61,374 nt of DNA. Origin: a virus. Location: IMG/VR virus record IMGVR_UViG_3300029996_000082, one strand, 5' to 3'. Below are positions 55,118 to 61,374 of this stretch, piece after piece (position 1 is the stretch's first letter; the number at the start of each line of letters is the position of its first letter). A model generated the notes under the pieces. The model did not search any database and was not told the DNA's origin. It saw only the letters and a list, made by a program, of their open reading frames with translations. A program made the translations under genes and the position numbers.

Positions 55118-55589
55118 CAAAAATCAAGCAGTAATAGATTTTCTTATCAACTGCCCACAAATCAAAAATAATCCATTATTCTTTAATGCTACCGAAGCTA
55201 AAGACAATAATAAACAGATATTAACACTCGGAAATGATAAATCATTAAATGTTAAATATATTGACGGTAGTGTATTACGCAGATTTACATTTACACTTAT
55301 TGATTATCGTTCTGTGGCATATCAGGCAATTGTTAAACTGCCTGAATACAAGAATGAGAATGTAGAAGAAGTATTAGATATTCAAGGAATTATTGATTGG
55401 ATTACAGAGCAAAATGATGCTCAGAATTACCCTGATTTTGGAGATAAATGTAGTATCGAAGAAATGAGAGTATTAACTGATAATCCTAATCTTGACGGTA
55501 TTGATACCTCTACTAAACCATCATTAGCACGATATAGTATGTCAATTAGAATTGACTATTTAGATAAATCAAATAAAATTTGGAATTAA
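55110..55589 (+). CDS. tail completion / tail terminator protein (by position)
   Basis: gene order directly upstream of the major tail protein gene. Confidence 0.4.
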   Translation: MVDKNQAVIDFLINCPQIKNNPLFFNATEAKDNNKQILTLGNDKSLNVKYIDGSVLRRFTFTLIDYRSVAYQAIVKLPEYKNENVEEVLDIQGIIDWITEQNDAQNYPDFGDKCSIEEMRVLTDNPNLDGIDTSTKPSLARYSMSIRIDYLDKSNKIWN

Positions 55590-55609
55590 AATGAAAGGAA
55601 AATAATACT

Positions 55610-56134
55610 ATGGCTATTTCACAGTTTAATCTTAAAAACGGTCAGAGAGCAGAAAGAAAACTTCTCATTACCGTAGCTGAATGGACTCAGACAGGTAGTG
55701 AATCCCCTGTAAGAGAAATTCTCGGCACAAGAACAGAGGACAGTTCAATTGAGTATAATGCCGATATCTCGACAACAACTGATATTCTCGGCAACAACTA
55801 TACTGACCTTAATAAAACACAGCCTCAGCAGGATTTCGACCCGTACCTTATTCTTGGTGGCTCTAAACTCGGAGCATTCTTGAATGATATCAGAAGAAGA
55901 AATGCACTTAGTGAACTTAGTGATTTTACAATTTATGTAATCACTGCATTTTCAGGCACAGGCAGTAAATATGATGCTGAAAAGCATACAGGCTGTACAA
56001 TCACTTATAACTCAATCGGTGGTGATACGAATGTAAACTTCCCGATTTCCGTATATTTCAGCAATAAAATTACACTCGGTACGGTTGATAAACTCGCAGA
56101 TGATTTTACATTTACCGAAGATGTAACGGTTTAA
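55610..56134 (+). CDS. major tail protein
   Basis: 174-aa ORF preceding the two chaperone-position genes and the TMP gene. Confidence 0.6.
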   Translation: MAISQFNLKNGQRAERKLLITVAEWTQTGSESPVREILGTRTEDSSIEYNADISTTTDILGNNYTDLNKTQPQQDFDPYLILGGSKLGAFLNDIRRRNALSELSDFTIYVITAFSGTGSKYDAEKHTGCTITYNSIGGDTNVNFPISVYFSNKITLGTVDKLADDFTFTEDVTV

Positions 56135-56160
56135 TCAATTAAATTAAGGAGGATATTATA

Positions 56161-56637
56161 ATGGCAACAACAAAGAAAAAGGATAATCTTATTGACATTA
56201 ACATCGGAGGTATCGAAAAGAAAAGATTCCGTATCAACGGTGATGACAATAAAATTCTTGAACTTAACACATCTGACCTTAACATTGCTTCAAGATTTTC
56301 AGAAGCATACCCCGCACTTATTGAGTGTGAAAAACAGGTAACGGAATTGCAGGAATCTGCAAATGAAGATACTGATGAACTCGGCTCAATCTCTATGTTT
56401 AGCGAGAAACTCAAAGGCATTGACACAAAAATGAAAGAACTTATGGACTTTATTTTTGACAGCAATGTCAGCGAAATTTGTGCAGGCAATGGCTCTATGT
56501 ATGACCCTTTGGACGGTTATATGCGATATGAGGTTATTATTGATAGATTGTCAGACCTTTATACTGATAACCTCGGCAAAGAGATGAAAAAGGTTCAGAG
56601 TAGAATGAAGACGCATACAGCTAAATATACAAAATAA
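56161..56637 (+). CDS. tail assembly chaperone (by position)
   Basis: AAGGAGGA SD; acidic 158-aa protein between the major tail and TMP genes. Confidence 0.5.
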   Translation: MATTKKKDNLIDINIGGIEKKRFRINGDDNKILELNTSDLNIASRFSEAYPALIECEKQVTELQESANEDTDELGSISMFSEKLKGIDTKMKELMDFIFDSNVSEICAGNGSMYDPLDGYMRYEVIIDRLSDLYTDNLGKEMKKVQSRMKTHTAKYTK

Positions 56638-56652
56638 AAATAAGGTGATAAA

Positions 56653-57237
56653 ATGTACACTCTGCCAAACAGTATTATTATAGATGATACTGAATACGCA
56701 ATCCGAAATAACGGAGATTATCGTACTATTTTAGATTGTTTTAGTGCTTTAGAGGACATTGAATTACCACAGCAATATCGTATATATTCAGCGTTGATTA
56801 TCTTTTATGACGGCATTAATTCTGTTGATGATGTTGAAAATAAATTAGGTGAAAATGTTGAAGAAGCTGTAAATAAAATGTTTGATTTTTTCAACTGCGG
56901 TCAAGAAAATGTTGGGATGCAGGTCAATTATAAACTAATTGATTGGGAGCAGGATTCTCAAATTATTAGTGCCGCTATTAACAATGTGGCTCGGAGAGAA
57001 ATTCGCTCCGAGCCTTATTTACATTGGTGGACTTTTATGGGCTACTATTGTTCGATAGGTGAAAGCATATTGTCTACAGTAGTGAACATCAGAGATAAAA
57101 TTGTTAAGGGTAAAAAATTAGAAAAGCACGAAAAAGAATTTAAAAGAAATAATCCTCAATACTTTAATTGGAGAGCTGAGGATATACAAAAACAAGAAGA
57201 TGATAAATTAGCATTTTCTATGTGGAATACAGAATAA
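56653..57237 (+). CDS. Gp15-family tail assembly protein
   Basis: IIIDDTEYAIRNNGDYRTILDC resembles Phage_Gp15; lies directly upstream of the TMP gene. Confidence 0.55.
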   Translation: MYTLPNSIIIDDTEYAIRNNGDYRTILDCFSALEDIELPQQYRIYSALIIFYDGINSVDDVENKLGENVEEAVNKMFDFFNCGQENVGMQVNYKLIDWEQDSQIISAAINNVARREIRSEPYLHWWTFMGYYCSIGESILSTVVNIRDKIVKGKKLEKHEKEFKRNNPQYFNWRAEDIQKQEDDKLAFSMWNTE

Positions 57238-57257
57238 TTTAAACAGGGGGTGGCTAT

Positions 57258-60200
57258 ATGCAGTCCGTTGACGGTGATGTAAGACTTTCCGTTAGTTTTG
57301 ATATGAAGTCCGTACAAACAAATCTTGTACAGCTTAAAAAGGCTATAAAAGATACACTTGGCGGATTTGATAGTGTGGATTCAAAAGTAACTCCACAGGT
57401 AGCTGATTTGGAAAAAGAACTTGCTAATGCTACGGATAAAATTAACGAATTAACAAAAGAAGTCGAAGTTTTATCTAAAACTAAATTAGATAAAACTTTT
57501 GACGGAGCAGATAAACAAGTAGAAAAAGCTACAAATGAAGCTAAAGAACTTAAAGCACATACAGAGGGAATTGCAGATAGTGCCAAAGATGTAAATGCAG
57601 AGTATGATGAAACTGCAAAAGAAATGGAGCGTATTGCTGAATTAGCAAAAAAAGCAGTATCCCAAAAAAATGAGGGTGCTAAATTTGGCACAGAATATAT
57701 CGGAGACCGTCCTGAATATCAATCATATAAAACAACTACCGTTCCTGTTAAATCTAAGGCACAGCCGACAGATACTACTGAAAAATCGAATGTACCGATA
57801 CCTGATACAAAAGAAGTTGAAAAAACTGCAACAGCAGTAAAAGAAGTAGCTACAAATATAGATTATGCCTCACAGGAAATGAATAAGTTTAATAGTGAAA
57901 TTCCTGACGGCACATCTAAATTACAAGAATTACATACAGCAGTTAAAAAAGCGGAAGATACTGTATTTGAGTTATCTCAAAAATTAAATGAAGTAGGAAA
58001 TGCTAAAGTACCTACTGCTGAATATACAGCTATTTCACAGCAGATTGCTACTGCTGAAAAAGAACTTGATAAACTTTACAATCGACAGGCAGAATTAAAG
58101 CAGTTAGGTAAAGATAACGGTTCTACTTGGGAAACATTGAATACAAAAATTCAAAATGTTGAAAGAGTTTTAGGCGATGCCAAAGGCGAAATGTCTGCTC
58201 TCGTACAGCAAGGTAAAGCATTTACTGAGGGCAGTAAAACACCTAAATATGCAGAATTAGTAAAACAATTAAAAACTGCTCAAAGTCAGCTCTTAAAATC
58301 TAAGTCAAGAGTAGAAGAATTTACTAAATCTGAAAGCGAAAGTGCAAAAACAGGCTCTAATATAGGTAAATCATTATCTAAGGGACTTAAAACAGGTGAA
58401 AAAAGTTTAATTAAATTAGGAAGTAAAGTAAAATCTGTATTCTCTGCTATTGCAAGTAGAACAAAGAGTATGTCTAAGACGGCTTCTGGTGCATTTTCTA
58501 ACATCAATGGCGGAGTTAAAAAAGGAATTAAATCTTTATTAAAATACGGACTATCTATTAAATCTTTATATATACTTGTAAGGAAATTAAAGGGATATAT
58601 ACAAGAAGGCTTAACTAATTTAGCAGGATATTCAGATTCTGTAAATAATGATATTTCTAAAATATTATCAGCTCTTGAAAAACTTAAAAACGCATTAGGT
58701 ACTTTGGTACAGCCTATCATTAGAGCAGTACAGCCTGCTGTAACATCTTTATTAAATCAGTTTACAGCAGTTACAACTAAAGTAGCAGAGTTTTTCGCCG
58801 CACTTACAGGACAGAATTATGTGTATAAAGCGGCTGATACTCAAAAGAAATTTGTAGAAAGTCTTGATGATACCACAGATTCCGCAGATAAAGCTAAAAA
58901 ATCATTAGATAAATACTTATCCCCACTTGATGACTTAAATAAATTTCAAGATGATAAAAGTACCACTACTACATCTACAAAATCTAAAACAAATACTACA
59001 GACCCGTCAAAAATGTTTACAACTGAGCCTGTAAGTGATAAATTTAAGAAATTAGCTAATGATTTAAAGAAAATGTTTAAATCAGCCGATTGGACTGATT
59101 TAGGTAAATATCTTGGAAATGCTTTAAATAAAGCATTAAAGAAAATAGACTGGAATACTATCCAAAAAACTATAAAAGCTATAGCAACTAAATTAGTTAC
59201 TCTGTTAAATGGTTTTATATCTCAGGTTGACTGGACTTTAGTTGGTAAAACTATTGGTAACTCTATTCAGAGTGCTATACAGTTTGCATATACTTTTATT
59301 ACTAACTTTGACTGGGTAGCTTTTGGGGAAGCTATTGCAAATGCTATTAACGGAGCTATAAGTGCTATAAATCCTGCAATGTTAGCACAAGGTCTGTCTA
59401 AGTTAGTTATTGGTATATTTAATACTATAACATCTTTACTTGATACAATTAATTGGGATGCTTTTGGAAAGTCTATTGTTAAATTTATTAGTAATATTAA
59501 ATGGGGTAATCTTAGTATAGCAGTAGTTAATCTTATTCAATCTTTTTCAAAAGCACTTAGAGCTACTGATTTTAAATCTATCGGCACCGCATTTAAAAAA
59601 GGCATAGATTCTATTAACTGGAAAAGTATGTGGAATAGTATAACTAATGTAGTTACAGATTTAGTTAAAAGTATTGCAGATTTATTTGGACTTAAAGGCA
59701 TTAACACCTCTAAATTAAATAAAGCATTGAAAAATTTAGCTGACCCTGTATCTAATTTATTAGATGCTTTTGGAGATATTGCTAAAACATTACTTCCTAA
59801 AATTGTAAACGATTTAGTGCCTTCATTAGTAAATTTACTCGGAGAGGTGCTTAAAGGTGTAGAGCCTATTGTGAAAGCGGCTTCTCCTATTTTGGATACG
59901 GTTATTGATGTAATTAGTCAAATTGTAGATTCATTATCTCCTATAATGCCTGTTATTGGAGGTATAATCAGCGGAATAGTTGATACACTTGTTCCAGTAT
60001 TAGAGCCGTTGATTCAACTGGTAGGAAATATTGTACAATTTTTAGCTCCTGCGGTAGAATTTATCGGTCAAGTAATCAATACCATTTTAGCACCTATTAC
60101 TACAATAGGTGAAATAGTAGGTGGTATAATGAGTGCTCTTGTAGGAGATGGCACACCTACCATTAGTGCTAAAATGCAAGAAGAGATTAGTAATTTGGCT

Positions 60201-61374
60201 ACTATTAGTAGTGATATGGAAACCGTATCAGATAATGTAGATAATACAATTAGTACAGTAGATACTAATTTACAGGAAACACAAGATTCCGTACAGTATG
60301 TAGATACTTTGCAAGATAGAATGGATGAACTGCTGAGTAAATCCACATTAACTCCAGAAGAAATGCAAGAGCTTAATACAATTGCAGATTTAATAGCCGA
60401 GCGTTTTCCTGAATTTAAAAGTACTTGGGAAAATTATACAACCGAAGATTCCCAGGGTAAAACAGTATTAACGGGAAATCAGCAGGAAATTAGAAAAGAG
60501 TTAGATTCTACAATTGACAAGTTAAAAGAACAATACCGTACAGAAGCACTAAAAGAACAATATACGGCTCTATATAAAGAGCAGGTAGAGGCTTCTACAG
60601 AATACAATCAAGCTGTAACTAAAGTAAAAGATGCTCAAGATAAAGCTACAGAGGCATCCAATAAACAGATAGCGGCTTGGGAAAAAATGGAAGAAATCGG
60701 CTACGGTAATGACGGATATAAAGAAGCTGAAAAAGTTTATAATAATGCTACTGCAGAACTTGACGCATATGCAGACGAACTTGGCACAGCACAAGAGGGT
60801 ATGCTTAAAGCATCAGGTAAAGTAGAGCAATTGAATACCAAAATGAACGGCTTGGAAGGTGCAATGAAAGTTGTAAGCGGTGAATTTGATAAGAATAAAG
60901 ACAGCTTACAAGACCTCAGAGATGCCTATGATATGGGATTCATTAGTGTTGACGAAATTAAAAAACAGTATGGAATAGATGCTAAGGAATTGTTTAATGC
61001 TACATATAGCGTAGCTGATATGTCAGTTAAAGGCTATAATTTAGGTATCAATAAAGGCGTTAAGGATGCTAATGAAGCAGGTATCAAAATCGGTCAGGAA
61101 TCCATTAAAGGTGCTCGTACAGCGTTAAATGAACATAGCCCGTCAAAAGAATTTACAGAAATCGGTGAATATTCTGTAAAAGGCTACACTAAAGCTATTG
61201 ATAATGATAAAACAGGCGAAATCAGTATTACTAAGTGGGCAAAAAGAATTATAAAAGCTGCTACAGATACATTCAGAGATATGACTAATCCAGCCGACAC
61301 TTTTGTTAATAGAGTTATATCAGCTTTTAATAGAATACCTATTGCGTTTAAAAATATTTTAAACACAGTTATTA
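57258..61374 (+). CDS. tape measure protein (open at the window end; continues at 1..506; about 1507 aa in total)
   Basis: AGGGGGTGG SD before ATG 57258; I read this frame to the window end without a stop; absent from the ORF track because it has no stop in the window; coiled-coil N-terminus, periodic DW/NW/KW repeats, hydrophobic Gly/Ile/Val-rich core. Confidence 0.9.
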   Translation, partial: MQSVDGDVRLSVSFDMKSVQTNLVQLKKAIKDTLGGFDSVDSKVTPQVADLEKELANATDKINELTKEVEVLSKTKLDKTFDGADKQVEKATNEAKELKAHTEGIADSAKDVNAEYDETAKEMERIAELAKKAVSQKNEGAKFGTEYIGDRPEYQSYKTTTVPVKSKAQPTDTTEKSNVPIPDTKEVEKTATAVKEVATNIDYASQEMNKFNSEIPDGTSKLQELHTAVKKAEDTVFELSQKLNEVGNAKVPTAEYTAISQQIATAEKELDKLYNRQAELKQLGKDNGSTWETLNTKIQNVERVLGDAKGEMSALVQQGKAFTEGSKTPKYAELVKQLKTAQSQLLKSKSRVEEFTKSESESAKTGSNIGKSLSKGLKTGEKSLIKLGSKVKSVFSAIASRTKSMSKTASGAFSNINGGVKKGIKSLLKYGLSIKSLYILVRKLKGYIQEGLTNLAGYSDSVNNDISKILSALEKLKNALGTLVQPIIRAVQPAVTSLLNQFTAVTTKVAEFFAALTGQNYVYKAADTQKKFVESLDDTTDSADKAKKSLDKYLSPLDDLNKFQDDKSTTTTSTKSKTNTTDPSKMFTTEPVSDKFKKLANDLKKMFKSADWTDLGKYLGNALNKALKKIDWNTIQKTIKAIATKLVTLLNGFISQVDWTLVGKTIGNSIQSAIQFAYTFITNFDWVAFGEAIANAINGAISAINPAMLAQGLSKLVIGIFNTITSLLDTINWDAFGKSIVKFISNIKWGNLSIAVVNLIQSFSKALRATDFKSIGTAFKKGIDSINWKSMWNSITNVVTDLVKSIADLFGLKGINTSKLNKALKNLADPVSNLLDAFGDIAKTLLPKIVNDLVPSLVNLLGEVLKGVEPIVKAASPILDTVIDVISQIVDSLSPIMPVIGGIISGIVDTLVPVLEPLIQLVGNIVQFLAPAVEFIGQVINTILAPITTIGEIVGGIMSALVGDGTPTISAKMQEEISNLATISSDMETVSDNVDNTISTVDTNLQETQDSVQYVDTLQDRMDELLSKSTLTPEEMQELNTIADLIAERFPEFKSTWENYTTEDSQGKTVLTGNQQEIRKELDSTIDKLKEQYRTEALKEQYTALYKEQVEASTEYNQAVTKVKDAQDKATEASNKQIAAWEKMEEIGYGNDGYKEAEKVYNNATAELDAYADELGTAQEGMLKASGKVEQLNTKMNGLEGAMKVVSGEFDKNKDSLQDLRDAYDMGFISVDEIKKQYGIDAKELFNATYSVADMSVKGYNLGINKGVKDANEAGIKIGQESIKGARTALNEHSPSKEFTEIGEYSVKGYTKAIDNDKTGEISITKWAKRIIKAATDTFRDMTNPADTFVNRVISAFNRIPIAFKNILNTVI
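61276..61374. repeat. terminal direct repeat, copy 2 (identical to 1..99)
   Basis: exact 99-nt identity; lies inside the tape measure ORF. Confidence 0.95.

Noticed and set aside
4171-56489. All other minus-strand ORFs in the track (for example 4171..4452, 9341..9637, 26001..26333, 38182..38441, 46888..47241, 52623..52910, 56139..56489)
   Set aside because: Each is embedded in or overlaps a well-supported + strand gene, lacks an SD and start context, and translates to hydrophobic low-complexity sequence. All promoters and terminators found are oriented for + strand transcription.
56161-57237. Programmed -1 frameshift between the two genes upstream of the tape measure gene
   Set aside because: The two ORFs are separated by a stop, a 15-nt spacer and an independent AAGGTGA SD. 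I saw no slippery heptamer near the end of the first ORF.
57254-60346. Minus-strand ORFs 57254..57691, 58286..58720 and 60068..60346
   Set aside because: They lie antisense to the uninterrupted tape measure ORF, have S/L/F-rich low-complexity translations and no SD. They are shadow ORFs produced by the codon bias of the + strand gene.
1-61374. Stop-codon reassignment (TAG or TGA recoding), as seen in some gut phages
   Set aside because: Standard-code ORFs tile nearly the whole + strand with intact motifs across the large genes. No suppressor tRNA or in-frame stop clusters were seen.

Overview
The window is one complete dsDNA tailed-phage genome. Its first 99 bp (1..99) are identical to its last 99 bp (61276..61374), so the unique circular length is 61,275 bp, and the tape-measure gene runs across the artificial ends. 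All credible genes (about 100) lie on the + strand; I treat every minus-strand ORF in the track as a shadow ORF. The sequence is AT-rich. Strong GGAGG-type ribosome-binding sites, frequent TTG starts and near-consensus TTGACA-17-TATAAT promoters point to a low-GC Firmicutes host. Layout by coordinate: 1-3.1 kb holds the end of the tape measure and the distal tail genes. 3.0-6.6 kb is an accessory island that looks richer in G+C. 6.7-38.2 kb is a very large replication, recombination and nucleotide-metabolism region: SNF2 helicase, DnaD-like initiator, DnaC-like loader, DnaB, primase, gp32-like SSB, split family-A polymerase, helicase plus methyltransferase cassette, radical-SAM protein, beta clamp, Cas4-like nuclease, RecU, ThyX-like protein, HD hydrolase, RecA, HNH, dUTPase, and clamp-loader gamma, delta-prime and delta subunits. 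38.2-43.4 kb holds small early genes behind repeated promoters. 43.5-61.4 kb is the late region: TerS, tail fibre, holin, GH25 endolysin, TerL, SPP1-like portal, MuF-like protein, scaffold, capsid, connectors, major tail protein, chaperones and a roughly 1507-aa tape measure. I recognised no tRNA, rRNA, CRISPR array, integrase or reverse transcriptase. Most interesting observations: (1) the polA gene is split just before motif A by a 2.3-kb helicase plus methyltransferase cassette, with intein-like tails at the break; (2) a strand-asymmetric G+T-rich array of six ~54-bp units lies between the primase and SSB/polymerase genes and is a candidate origin; (3) the phage encodes its own clamp and three-subunit clamp loader but only a family-A polymerase; (4) two compositional islands carry Cys-rich, zinc-ribbon and exosporium-like genes; (5) a 51-nt promoter is perfectly duplicated and several leaders look structured. 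All functional calls come from motifs read by eye and from gene order; no database search was possible.
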